From assembly GCA_014381385.1 (NCBI GenBank), contig JACNLR010000214.1:1-37120 (forward strand): a stretch of 37,120 nucleotides of DNA, in the 5' to 3' direction. How positions within the stretch are numbered: position 1 is the first letter of the stretch; each line of letters begins with the position of its first letter. This stretch comes from Planctomycetota bacterium. GTDB lineage: Bacteria; Planctomycetota; Phycisphaerae; Phycisphaerales; SM1A02. Positions 1-8,453 of the stretch are shown one piece after another. The translations under genes and the position numbers were made by a program. The notes below the pieces were generated by a model that was not told where the DNA came from, did not search any database, and saw nothing but the letters and a program-made list of their open reading frames with translations.

Positions 1-72
1 TCAGAGGAGAATAAGTATGGGAGGGCAAAAAGCGGTGTATAAAGAGGCGAAAAAGACGTAAGTTGTTGTGCG

Positions 73-1137
73 TTATTGGATTACGACGAAGCGGCGTGCG
101 GTGTCTGGCCCGCAGGGTTGCTCGTCGAGCAGGGTGGTGGTAAGTTTTTTTACGAGATTGTTCATATTGATTTTTGGGGTCATCTTTGACTCTTGGGGTG
201 CTGTGAACACCCAGAGTTCGTTCGCCAACTTTTGCGTACATATATGTTGAAAGAGCGTTGCCCCGCCTTCGACAATGACGTTGGTAGCGTTGTGTGTTGT
301 TGCGAGATGTTCAAAAAGTTCAGCCAATGAAAGCACTCCTTTTGTACTTGGGAGGGCGAGGAGGTTGTGCGAAGAAAATGAAGAAGAATCAATACCTTGC
401 GCGTGTGCCATCAGTGTTGGTGCATCTTTGTTGAGCACATTGGATTCAAGGGGTGTGCGCAATGTTGGGTCGACAACTACTCGTATTGGGGTTCGGTGTT
501 TCGTTGCGCCGCGTACTGTAAGGGTTGGGTTGTCAGCAACAACAGTACCTACACCCACAACGATAGCATCAACGCAACCTCGTTCTTCGTGGACGAGTTG
601 TTGACTTTCGCTGCAACTGATCCATTTAGAATCGTTTATTGGGGTTTCGATACTTCCATCGATCGTTTGCGCCCACTTGCAGGTAATCCACGGGAGCCCA
701 GTTTTAATTCGATGTACAAAAGGCGCAATAAGTTCGTTGCAAAGAACATCGTTGAGAATCTCTACCTCGATTCCCCGCTCTCTCAAAAATGCAGCACCAC
801 CCCTTGCTTTTTCGTGTGGATCACGAGCGCCTATGACAACGCGTTGTATTCCTGCATTGAGTAATGCCTTCGAACAAGGTGGTGTTTTACCTTGATGATT
901 ACAAGGTTCGAGTGTTATGTACGCAGTTCCACCTTTTGCAGCGTTTCCTGCCATCGCTAATGCGTTGATTTCTGCGTGTTCCTCCCCGTACGATTCGTGG
1001 TACCCCTCGCCAACGATTTTGCCTTCACTTGTGGTGATAATGCACCCAACCATCGGGTTAGGCTCTGCAGAACCGTGCCCTTGGACGGCGAGCCTAGCAG
1101 CTTGATGCAACATTGAGGAGTCATGTTCGCTTACCAT
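73..1137 (-). CDS. ribD: Bifunctional riboflavin biosynthesis protein RibD (diaminohydroxyphosphoribosylaminopyrimidine deaminase / 5-amino-6-(5-phosphoribosylamino)uracil reductase)
   Basis: 354-aa ORF. The N-terminal half has the zinc deaminase motifs HAEINAL and TLEPCNHQGKTPPC. The C-terminal half is reductase-like (KWAQTIDGS ... VVDP ... VEGG). ATG start at 1135-1137. Confidence 0.93.
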   Translation of the reverse strand: MVSEHDSSMLHQAARLAVQGHGSAEPNPMVGCIITTSEGKIVGEGYHESYGEEHAEINALAMAGNAAKGGTAYITLEPCNHQGKTPPCSKALLNAGIQRVVIGARDPHEKARGGAAFLRERGIEVEILNDVLCNELIAPFVHRIKTGLPWITCKWAQTIDGSIETPINDSKWISCSESQQLVHEERGCVDAIVVGVGTVVADNPTLTVRGATKHRTPIRVVVDPTLRTPLESNVLNKDAPTLMAHAQGIDSSSFSSHNLLALPSTKGVLSLAELFEHLATTHNATNVIVEGGATLFQHICTQKLANELWVFTAPQESKMTPKINMNNLVKKLTTTLLDEQPCGPDTARRFVVIQ

Positions 1138-1152
1138 GTTGGTACAGGGTAT

Positions 1153-1190
1153 AAAAAAAGGAAGCCCGCAGGGTAGACCGTTGGGCTTCC
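1153..1190 (-). terminator. Rho-independent terminator downstream of fusA
   Basis: On the minus strand, 24 nt after the fusA stop: GGAAGCCC-15 nt loop-GGGCTTCC (perfect 8-bp GC-rich stem, plus coordinates 1160-1190), followed directly by a run of seven T (plus 1153-1159). Confidence 0.85.
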
Positions 1191-1214
1191 TTAGAGGGTT
1201 GGTGCAAATTGTTG

Positions 1215-3329
1215 TTATGCCTTGAGTACTTCTTTCTTGAGGTTTTCGGGCATTAATCGGTACTCACATGGTTCCATCGTGCTTGAAGCGCGACCTTGTG
1301 TCATGCCCCGAAGCACAGTTGTGTACCCAAACATTTCAGAAAGTGGAACTTCTGCGTTAATAATTCTAACAACACCACGGAGTTCGGAGTCATTTATTTG
1401 TCCTCGACGACTTGAAAGGTCACCACTGACCGAGCCAAAGAATTCGTCTGGTGTTGTAATAATGACCTTCATAATCGGTTCAAGAAGGGCAAGGCCTGCC
1501 TTCGTACACGCTTCACGGAAACCAAGAGCTCCAGCTTGTTCAAAGGCAACTTGGCTTGAGTCAACTTCGTGGTACGAACCGTCAACAAGTTCGCAGCATA
1601 CATTTACCATTGGGTATCCTCCCAGGATGCCAGAAGCAGAAGCATTGCGCACACCGTGTTGCACGGATGGAACATACTCACGTGGAATCGAACCGTGTGT
1701 AATCTTGTCTACAAAGACAACGCCATTCTTCATGACGAGTTCTTGTTCTTCCGCCTCGGCTGCAGTCATTGGTCGAACGTTCATGACAACGTCACCGAAC
1801 TGGCCACGACCACCTGATTGCTTTACAAATCTTCCGCGAACGTTTTCAGCAACACCAGTAATAGTTTCTCGATAGGAAACGCGTGGAGTACCAACGTTTA
1901 CACCGATTTTAAGGTCGCGGGTGAGTTTGTTTTTCACGATTTCAAGGTGAAGTTCACCCATGCCCGAAATAATCGTTTCACCTGTTTCGTCGTTGTAATT
2001 CGCATGGAAAGAGGGGTCTTCGCGGCGAATAGTTGTAAGTGCTTCACCTAGTTTTTTCTTGTCATCGTTGGTAATAGGTTCGATGGACATCGAAATCACA
2101 GGATCTGGGAAGTGCATGCGTTCAAGAATAATAGGATCGTTGATTTCGCATAGTGTGTCACCAGTTACCGAGTTTTTCAAACCAATAACCGCAACGATTG
2201 AACCCGCACCAGCAAAATCAAGTGCTTGACGATCTTTTGCGTGCATTTCATAAATACGCGAAACGTTTTCCTTGCGACCATTTCCGGGATTAAGCACTCG
2301 GCTACCTTTTTCAAGGCGACCCGAATATACACGGACATATGTTAAGTCGCCGTGCGAATCACTAACCACTTTAAAGACCAAGCCAGAAAACGGTGCGTCT
2401 TCACTGTTTGGGCGACTCAAAATTTCATCTTCATCTCTAGGGTTTGTGCCTTGCACTTCAGGAACTTCAGTTGGGTTCGGAAGGTATTCAATAACTCCGT
2501 TCAAGACGCGTTGGACGCCAATGTTTTTCAGAGCAGAGCCGCAATAAGTTGGGAAAGCACGCATATCGATGGTTGCCCTGCGCAGTGCAGACTTGAGTTG
2601 CTGTTCAGTAATGGCGGATTCATCTTCAAGATAGAGTTCTGTTAACTCATCGTCAAGTTCAGCGATTCGTTCGATGATGTCGTGTCGCCAAAGTTCTGCC
2701 ATATCTTGCATATCTTCAGGGATGTCACGTTGTTCAACAACAGCGCCCATGTCACTTTGGTCAAAGTAATATGCTTTCATTTCGATAAGGTCTACGATGC
2801 CTTCAAACGTATCGCCAGCACCGATTGGAAGTTGAACAGCAATTGCGTTTGCACCAAGTCGTTCGCGAAGTGTGCTGTAACTAAACTCAAAGTCTGCGCC
2901 AATTTTGTCCATTTTGTTAATGAGGCAAAGGCGAGGCACGTTGTACCTGTCGGCTTGTCGCCAAACTGTTTCGGATTGTGCTTCTACACCTTCTTTGGCG
3001 TCAAAAACTGCAACTGCACCATCGAGTACCCGCATCGATCGTTCTACTTCAATGGTGAAGTCGACGTGACCAGGAGTATCGATTAGGTTAATTGTGTATT
3101 CTTTTCCGTTGTAGTCCCATGGGCAAGTTGTTGCTGCGGATTGAATAGTAATACCGCGCTCTTGCTCTTCTTCAAGAAAGTCCATGGTGGCAGTGCCTTC
3201 GTGCACTTCACCGATTTTGTAACTTTTGCCAGTGTAGTACAACACTCGCTCGGTCACGGTTGTTTTACCCGCATCGATATGTGCACAGATACCAATGTTT
3301 CGTACGAAATTTAAATCTTTTACTGCCAT
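1215..3329 (-). CDS. fusA: Translation elongation factor G
   Basis: 704-aa ORF. G-domain motifs [17 protein letters not shown] and NKMD are present, followed by full-length EF-G domains II-V. It is not flanked by rpsL/rpsG/tuf. Confidence 0.95.
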   Translation of the reverse strand: MAVKDLNFVRNIGICAHIDAGKTTVTERVLYYTGKSYKIGEVHEGTATMDFLEEEQERGITIQSAATTCPWDYNGKEYTINLIDTPGHVDFTIEVERSMRVLDGAVAVFDAKEGVEAQSETVWRQADRYNVPRLCLINKMDKIGADFEFSYSTLRERLGANAIAVQLPIGAGDTFEGIVDLIEMKAYYFDQSDMGAVVEQRDIPEDMQDMAELWRHDIIERIAELDDELTELYLEDESAITEQQLKSALRRATIDMRAFPTYCGSALKNIGVQRVLNGVIEYLPNPTEVPEVQGTNPRDEDEILSRPNSEDAPFSGLVFKVVSDSHGDLTYVRVYSGRLEKGSRVLNPGNGRKENVSRIYEMHAKDRQALDFAGAGSIVAVIGLKNSVTGDTLCEINDPIILERMHFPDPVISMSIEPITNDDKKKLGEALTTIRREDPSFHANYNDETGETIISGMGELHLEIVKNKLTRDLKIGVNVGTPRVSYRETITGVAENVRGRFVKQSGGRGQFGDVVMNVRPMTAAEAEEQELVMKNGVVFVDKITHGSIPREYVPSVQHGVRNASASGILGGYPMVNVCCELVDGSYHEVDSSQVAFEQAGALGFREACTKAGLALLEPIMKVIITTPDEFFGSVSGDLSSRRGQINDSELRGVVRIINAEVPLSEMFGYTTVLRGMTQGRASSTMEPCEYRLMPENLKKEVLKA

Positions 3330-3625
3330 AATTCTTTACCAATCAGACCAAAACGGTCCTATTCTTTGATATCCCAATACCCATCACACGCGCGGTGGGT
3401 AATAATTTTACATTTGTTGTAACGAACACTAATCGTCGGAAGCGTACTTCCATGTGGTGCCCAAGCTTTCCTGAGCGCTCCTGTTGGATCAATCAGTGCA
3501 GCTGGGCCTCTTCTTCATCTTCTTGCAACGGTAATCTCCTTCCGCTGCGCCACAGTGAACTGTAGCTGAGGCCTCGTTACGCCAACTCATTGATGCGACA
3601 ATCGCAAAAGAGCGGCAAGCCCCGC
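3330..3625 (-). other. Long untranslated leader of fusA or an unannotated ncRNA (unclassified)
   Basis: About 290 nt with no credible ORF lie between a strong promoter-like element and the fusA ATG. The region contains a GGAAG-UACG-CUUCC hairpin (plus 3440-3453). It also has an imperfect direct repeat, GAGGCC(T)CAGCT(A/G)CA...CTG, at plus 3553-3575 and 3494-3510. A GGACC-GUUUU-GGUCU hairpin sits just before the start codon. Confidence 0.3.
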
Positions 3626-3653
3626 ATTTTATACGAAAAAAAAAGTAAGTCAA
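3626..3653 (-). promoter_or_regulatory. Sigma-70-like promoter (TTGACT-16 nt-TAAAAT) reading toward fusA
   Basis: On the minus strand the -35 TTGACT is at plus 3648-3653 and the -10 TAAAAT is at plus 3626-3631, with a 16-nt spacer. The element begins 8 nt after the stop of the upstream RNase HII-like gene. Confidence 0.5.
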
Positions 3654-3660
3654 TCCTTAT

Positions 3661-4626
3661 TTACGAAGAACGGACAAGGAGTTCTCGATTTATCCCTTTT
3701 TCTTCTAATAATGGCTCTATTTCCTTGAGAAAACGTCGGCCATCCTTCACATACCCAGCAGTCGGCTCTAATTGTGGAATTTCATTTTGGAAGAACCGAT
3801 TCAGCCTGATCATTTTGAGTTCACGTGTGTATTTTGCAAGCATCGAGGCGAGGGCCACAGGTAAGTGTTTTTCATCGCTTTTTGATTCAAATGTGATAGT
3901 GGCAAAGGAGTCCCCGCGTTGCAATCGATAGCGGCTGCGGTGGATATCTTCACAAAGAATTTGAATTTCTGCTTCTGGCCAACAGAGTTGCAAGTCATTT
4001 CGATACTGACTTCTCCCGCCGTGCCTGTCAATCATGATTCGCGGATGTAGAGTTGGATAGCGTTGCATGATTGTATGGACATGATGCATTGCCATAGAGA
4101 AGTTTAATGATGCCTTGCTTGCAATGGTGGTTCGCTCATTGTACATTCGAGCATCGATAGAGTCACACGATACCCAATCGCAAGTTACGTTTGCGCTGTT
4201 CATTGCACGTTGAAGCCGGTTCGAATTAATCCGTAACTCTTGTTGATCCACAGCAACTGGCAAGGGCGTAACACTTTCAAACCAAGGTTCATCTGGAACG
4301 GTGCTGCCAACGAGTCGGAAAAAATCATTATCTGTTTCGATGGGTTTGTCACTGTGATGTGCATTTAAAAATGCAAAGACGCCTCGCTCAAGCCCAAACA
4401 AATCTTTTGGCTTTGATCCGGATTTTAGTTTTTTTGAATCATTCACCGCAATACGTTTGTGCTTGTCTTTTCTACTTTTGCAAACAATAGTCTCAAGTAA
4501 TGACCACATATTTGGCGCGCCATCTTGCGGGTTATAATCTTTGAGTATAAAAACAGATGTGCCGACGCAAAGAGGCCCAAACATTGGTCCGTATCCGGCT
4601 TCATCTATTCCAGCATAAATTAACAT
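3661..4626 (-). CDS. RNase H type 2 (RNase HII) family protein, unusually long and divergent
   Basis: RNase HII motifs occur in the correct order: GIDEAGYGP, NDSKKL, MIDRHGG and ASMLAKYTRE. Large insertions separate them. I place the start at the internal ATG (plus 4624-4626, MLIYAGIDEAG), which fits RNase HII N-termini and has a TATGAT hexamer 6 nt upstream. The track ORF extends to 4650. Confidence 0.7.
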   Translation of the reverse strand: MLIYAGIDEAGYGPMFGPLCVGTSVFILKDYNPQDGAPNMWSLLETIVCKSRKDKHKRIAVNDSKKLKSGSKPKDLFGLERGVFAFLNAHHSDKPIETDNDFFRLVGSTVPDEPWFESVTPLPVAVDQQELRINSNRLQRAMNSANVTCDWVSCDSIDARMYNERTTIASKASLNFSMAMHHVHTIMQRYPTLHPRIMIDRHGGRSQYRNDLQLCWPEAEIQILCEDIHRSRYRLQRGDSFATITFESKSDEKHLPVALASMLAKYTRELKMIRLNRFFQNEIPQLEPTAGYVKDGRRFLKEIEPLLEEKGINRELLVRSS

Positions 4627-4659
4627 TAATTTATCATACCAAAGGTACAATACTGGCTT
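4627..4659. promoter_or_regulatory. 33-bp divergent intergenic region with back-to-back -10-like hexamers (RNase HII-like / mnmA)
   Basis: On the plus strand, TACAAT at 4646-4651 lies 8 nt before the mnmA ATG (4660). On the minus strand, TATGAT (plus 4633-4638) lies 6 nt before the ATG at 4626. No Shine-Dalgarno sequence is present on either side. Confidence 0.45.
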
Positions 4660-5736
4660 ATGGCTAAAGTACTTATGGCAATGTCAGGAGGGGTAGATTC
4701 CTCTGTTGCTGCAGCGCTGTTGACGCAGCAAGGACACGAAGTTATTGGTTGCTTTATGCGCCTTGGTTCCGTCGGAGACGAATTAGACAAAGAAACAACA
4801 ATTGGGCACAAGGGATGCTGTTCGATAAACGACGCACACGATGCTCGCCACGTAAGCGCAAAACTTGGGATGACCTTTTATGCGCTTGACTTCAAAGACG
4901 ATTTCGGACGCATCATTGATTACTTCGTAGACGAGTACAACTCGGGAAGAACACCAAACCCGTGTGTACGTTGTAACGATTGGCTAAAGTTTGGAAAGTT
5001 GCACGACTATGCAAAGTCAATCGGCGCGGAATTCGTTGCATCTGGGCACCACGCGCAAATTGTACATGGGGAGGACGGTGCTGAACTGCATATGGGCGCA
5101 GACGATGGCAAAGATCAAAGTTATGTTCTATTTGGCGCTAGCCGAGATCGCATAGGTGAAATGATGTTACCAATTGGTCACCTTCAAAAAAGTGAAGTCC
5201 GCGATCTTGCAAAAGAATTTGATTTACCTGTTTTTAATAAACCAGACTCGCAAGAAATTTGTTTTGTTCCGGATGACAACTACGCAAATTTGATTTCGAA
5301 GAAAACGCCAGGAAGTATGAAGCAAGGAGATGTGCTTGACGCAGAGGGCAAGGTCATCGGAAAGCACGATGGGCAACAAAAATACACGATTGGTCAGCGG
5401 CGTGGTCTTGGGATTGCGATGAGTAAACCAGTGTATGTTGTTGCGAAAGACCCAGTACTCAACACGGTAACTATTGGTGGGGAAGCATTGCTCGACACAA
5501 ACGGTGTTGTTGCTAAGGACACGAACTGGTTGATTGACCAAAGCAGCAATTGGATTCCTTGTACTGCAAAGATTCGGTACAACTCGCCACCAGCATCCGG
5601 CAGAGTGAGAAGAGTTGATGAGACTATTGAAGTGCAATTTGACGAACCGCAACGTGGCGGTGCTCCAGGACAAGCAGTCGTGTGTTACCAAGGTACAAAA
5701 GTAATTTGTGGTGGGTGGATTGATTGTGTTTCATGA
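4660..5736 (+). CDS. mnmA: tRNA-specific 2-thiouridylase (tRNA 5-methylaminomethyl-2-thiouridine synthesis)
   Basis: 358-aa ORF. PP-loop motif MSGGVDSSVAAALL, catalytic cysteine context PNPCVRCN and DQSYVL are all present. Confidence 0.95.
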   Translation: MAKVLMAMSGGVDSSVAAALLTQQGHEVIGCFMRLGSVGDELDKETTIGHKGCCSINDAHDARHVSAKLGMTFYALDFKDDFGRIIDYFVDEYNSGRTPNPCVRCNDWLKFGKLHDYAKSIGAEFVASGHHAQIVHGEDGAELHMGADDGKDQSYVLFGASRDRIGEMMLPIGHLQKSEVRDLAKEFDLPVFNKPDSQEICFVPDDNYANLISKKTPGSMKQGDVLDAEGKVIGKHDGQQKYTIGQRRGLGIAMSKPVYVVAKDPVLNTVTIGGEALLDTNGVVAKDTNWLIDQSSNWIPCTAKIRYNSPPASGRVRRVDETIEVQFDEPQRGGAPGQAVVCYQGTKVICGGWIDCVS

Positions 5737-7301
5737 TTGATTGGTCGCTTCCTTATGTATCAACCCGCGAGACGGTGCTTGGCAAAAATGTTGTTGCTTG
5801 CTCGCAGCCGCTCGCTTCACAAGCGGGGCTTGAAATGTTGCGCCTTGGTGGAAATGCAGTCGACAGCGCACTTGCTGCTGCAATTACGAGCACGGTTGTT
5901 GAGCCTTGTGCGAACGGAATTGGTGGAGACGCCTTTGCAATCATCCACGACGGCAAAAAGATACATGGAATCAACGGATCAGGTAAATCGCCAGCGCTCA
6001 TGCCAAGTTCTATTGAGAGCGAGATACCATCCGTTGGTTGGTTGCCTGTCACTGTTCCAGGTGAAGTTGCAACGTGGATCATGCTGCATGAACGTTTTTG
6101 TTCGTTGTCTTTGAGCCAATTGTTTGCGCCCGCTATCAAGTATGCTCGGCATGGTTTTTTAGTTTCACCGCAGACTGCAGAACGGTGGAAGCATGGCACC
6201 GAACGCTTTCGCGGGGAACAGGCGTGGTGCGACACGTTCCTTTTTGATGGCAAAGCACCTGAAGTTGGCCAGTGTATAACATTACCCGATCATGCTAACA
6301 CGTTGCAAGAGATTGCAGAAACCAAGGGCGAGTCGTTTTATCGAGGGAATCTTGCGCAACAAATGGAAGATGCTGCAATAGCGGGTGGAGGCTTCCTTCG
6401 CAAATCTGATTTGGATGCGCATAGAAGCGAGTGGGTTAAACCACTTTCTGTGCGTGCAGGGGATGCTGAATTTTTCGAACTCCCGCCAAACGGCCAAGGG
6501 CTCGCTGCGTTAATCGCAATGAAGATTGTGCAGGAAATGGATGTAGATTTGTCTAACTGCGATGATCCGAATGTATTGCACGTTCAAATCGAAGCAATGA
6601 AACGCGCGTTTGTTGATGCGCACGCATTTATTGCTGACCCTGCGATTTCTGGTGATTGCGTTGACTTACTAAATGAATCACGTTTGCAGAAGCACTGTGC
6701 AACGATGACCAATGAAGCAACGGAAATGGACGCGAATGCTATTCCACGTTACGCTTCGACGGTTTATCTTGCAACTGGTGACGAGAATGGAATGCAGTGT
6801 TCTTTTATCCAAAGTAATTTTGAAGGATTCGGCTCGGGGATGGTAGTTCCAAATACTGGAATAGCTTTGCAAAATCGCGGCCGTGGTTTTTCACTTGACC
6901 CGAATCACCCCAATGCAATTGGCCCTAGGAAGAGGCCGTTCCATACCATTATTCCTGGGTTCCTCATCCAAGGCGATTTACGAACACCGTTTGGTGTGAT
7001 GGGCGGACCGATGCAGCCCCAAGGTCACTTGCAGGTCGTCTGCCGAATGGTTTTTGCAAAACAGAATCCACAAGCAGCTCTCGATGCGCCACGGTGGAAG
7101 TTGCTTGGGGGAAAAAAGGTTGCTATTGAACCAGGTTTCGAGCAGGGCGTGTACGCAAAACTCCAAGATTTGGGGCACGAGTTAGAAATTGCAGATCAAA
7201 GATCGGTTGTATTCGGAGGCGGGCAAATCGTTCAGGGGATTCGAGATGGATACGCTGGCGCGAGTGATTCACGACGTGATGGACAAGCCGTATCAGTTTG
7301 A
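5733..7301 (+). CDS. ggt: Gamma-glutamyltransferase family protein (no signal peptide, likely cytoplasmic type)
   Basis: GGT-family features are present: QPLASQAGLEMLRLGGNAVDSALAAA, a nucleophile-Thr region ASTVYLATGDENG, and FGVMGGPMQPQGH. I chose the ATG at 5733, which forms an ATGA overlap with the mnmA stop. The track start at 5724 is a TTG. Confidence 0.85.
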   Translation: MIDWSLPYVSTRETVLGKNVVACSQPLASQAGLEMLRLGGNAVDSALAAAITSTVVEPCANGIGGDAFAIIHDGKKIHGINGSGKSPALMPSSIESEIPSVGWLPVTVPGEVATWIMLHERFCSLSLSQLFAPAIKYARHGFLVSPQTAERWKHGTERFRGEQAWCDTFLFDGKAPEVGQCITLPDHANTLQEIAETKGESFYRGNLAQQMEDAAIAGGGFLRKSDLDAHRSEWVKPLSVRAGDAEFFELPPNGQGLAALIAMKIVQEMDVDLSNCDDPNVLHVQIEAMKRAFVDAHAFIADPAISGDCVDLLNESRLQKHCATMTNEATEMDANAIPRYASTVYLATGDENGMQCSFIQSNFEGFGSGMVVPNTGIALQNRGRGFSLDPNHPNAIGPRKRPFHTIIPGFLIQGDLRTPFGVMGGPMQPQGHLQVVCRMVFAKQNPQAALDAPRWKLLGGKKVAIEPGFEQGVYAKLQDLGHELEIADQRSVVFGGGQIVQGIRDGYAGASDSRRDGQAVSV

Positions 7302-7310
7302 AGGGTCATG

Positions 7311-7341
7311 TCGAGGGTCATGTCATCGACATGACCCTCGA
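7311..7341 (+). terminator. Perfect 14-bp hairpin just downstream of the ggt stop (terminator-like, no U-tract)
   Basis: TCGAGGGTCATGTC-atc-GACATGACCCTCGA. The left arm is partly duplicated just upstream (GGGTCATGTC at 7303-7312), which allows an alternative pairing. Confidence 0.55.
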
Positions 7342-7353
7342 AGTGGGTATAAT
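7326..7353 (+). promoter_or_regulatory. Candidate sigma-70 promoter of fbaB (TCGACA-16 nt-TATAAT)
   Basis: A consensus TATAAT lies at 7348-7353 and a -35-like TCGACA at 7326-7331, inside the right arm of the hairpin. An AGGAG Shine-Dalgarno at 7366-7370 lies 6 nt before the ATG at 7377. Confidence 0.55.
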
Positions 7354-7376
7354 GCGTATATCAACAGGAGACACCA

Positions 7377-8438
7377 ATGACGTCAACTATGGATTACCTC
7401 GGTGCAAGCGCCGACAACCTACTTTCCTATAAAGCAAAAATCTCTTCGAAATTATTGCACCTTCCCGGAAGCGATTTTATCAATCGCACGTGGAAAAACA
7501 GTGATCGAAACCCACAGGTGTTGCGTAATCTTGCATCAATCTATAACCATGGCAGGCTTGGCGGCAGTGGGTATGTTTCGATTCTTCCAGTTGACCAAGG
7601 AATCGAACATTCAGCAGGTGCATCTTTTACACCAAATCCAGAATACTTTGACCCATCTAACATTTGTAAACTCGCAGTTGAAGGCGGTTGCAACGCAGTC
7701 GCTACGACGTTTGGCGTTCTTGGCACTGTTGCTCGTGACTACGCGCATAAAATTCCATTTATTGTAAAAATTAATCACAACGAACTTTTAACGAGCCCAA
7801 ACACTTTTGACCAAGTCATGTTTGGATCCGTTGAAGAGGCATGGAACTTAGGAGCAGCAGCGGTTGGCGCAACGATTTACTTTGGTTCCGAAGAATCAAG
7901 TAGGCAAATTCAAGAAGTTGCGCAAGCATTTGAGATGGCGCATCAACTTGGCATGGCCACTGTTCTTTGGTGCTACTTGCGAAATAGTGACTTCAAAGTA
8001 AACGGTACGGATTACCACGCATCCGCTGATTTGACTGGCCAAGCAAATCATTTAGGCGTCACGATACAGGCTGACATTATTAAGCAAAAATTAGCAACGA
8101 ATAACGGCGGGTACATTGCGATGAATGAAGGCGGAACTTCATTTGGCAAGTTCCACAAGGGTATGTACGAAGATCTTTGCAGCGATCACCCTATCGATTT
8201 GTGCCGTTACCAAGTGTTGAATTGCTACAGTGGTCGTTGCGGTTTGATTAACTCTGGCGGCGCTTCTGGCGAAAACGATTTCGCTCAAGCAGTTGAAACA
8301 GCTGTGATAAACAAACGTGCTGGCGGGTGCGGTTTAATTTCAGGTCGCAAGGCGTTCCAGCGACCGATGAAGGAAGGCGTGCAATTGCTTGGAGCAATCC
8401 AAGACGTTTTCCTTGACGACTCGATTACGATTGCTTGA
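7377..8438 (+). CDS. fbaB: Class I fructose-bisphosphate aldolase (FbaB/DhnA family)
   Basis: 353-aa ORF. Long stretches match the E. coli FbaB-type sequence as I recall it: [61 protein letters not shown] and VINKRAGG. Confidence 0.93.
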   Translation: MTSTMDYLGASADNLLSYKAKISSKLLHLPGSDFINRTWKNSDRNPQVLRNLASIYNHGRLGGSGYVSILPVDQGIEHSAGASFTPNPEYFDPSNICKLAVEGGCNAVATTFGVLGTVARDYAHKIPFIVKINHNELLTSPNTFDQVMFGSVEEAWNLGAAAVGATIYFGSEESSRQIQEVAQAFEMAHQLGMATVLWCYLRNSDFKVNGTDYHASADLTGQANHLGVTIQADIIKQKLATNNGGYIAMNEGGTSFGKFHKGMYEDLCSDHPIDLCRYQVLNCYSGRCGLINSGGASGENDFAQAVETAVINKRAGGCGLISGRKAFQRPMKEGVQLLGAIQDVFLDDSITIA

Positions 8439-8453
8439 GTTTACAAAAAGTAT

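Noticed and set aside
1138-1214. I looked for an FMN riboswitch (RFN element) upstream of ribD.
   Set aside because: Only 77 nt are available, and the fusA terminator hairpin occupies most of them. No RFN-like conserved core is visible.
3489-3590. A 33-codon minus-strand ORF (MSWRNEASATVHCGAAEGDYRCKKMKKRPSCTD) lies inside the fusA upstream region.
   Set aside because: It has no Shine-Dalgarno sequence and no -10 box at leaderless distance. It has no recognisable family and is short enough to arise by chance. I kept it only as part of the non-coding-region finding.
3330-3660. I tested whether this region is RNase P RNA, SRP (4.5S) RNA, tmRNA or a tRNA on the minus strand.
   Set aside because: CAGGAAAGCUUGGGCACCAC superficially resembles the RNase P P4 strand GAGGAAAGUCCGGGC. 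No complementary 3' strand (ACAGAA..CCGGCUUA-like) is present, and the region is too short for RNase P RNA. The GGAA in GCAGCGGAAGGAG lacks the flanking pairing of the SRP domain IV loop. I saw no tmRNA tag ORF, no tRNA-like 3' end and no T-loop (GTTCRA) sequence.
4627-4650. The track start for the RNase HII-like ORF is 8 codons upstream (MYLWYDKL).
   Set aside because: The extension has no counterpart in RNase HII N-termini and would remove the divergent promoter spacer. The internal ATG at 4626 has a -10-like hexamer at leaderless distance. The call remains uncertain.
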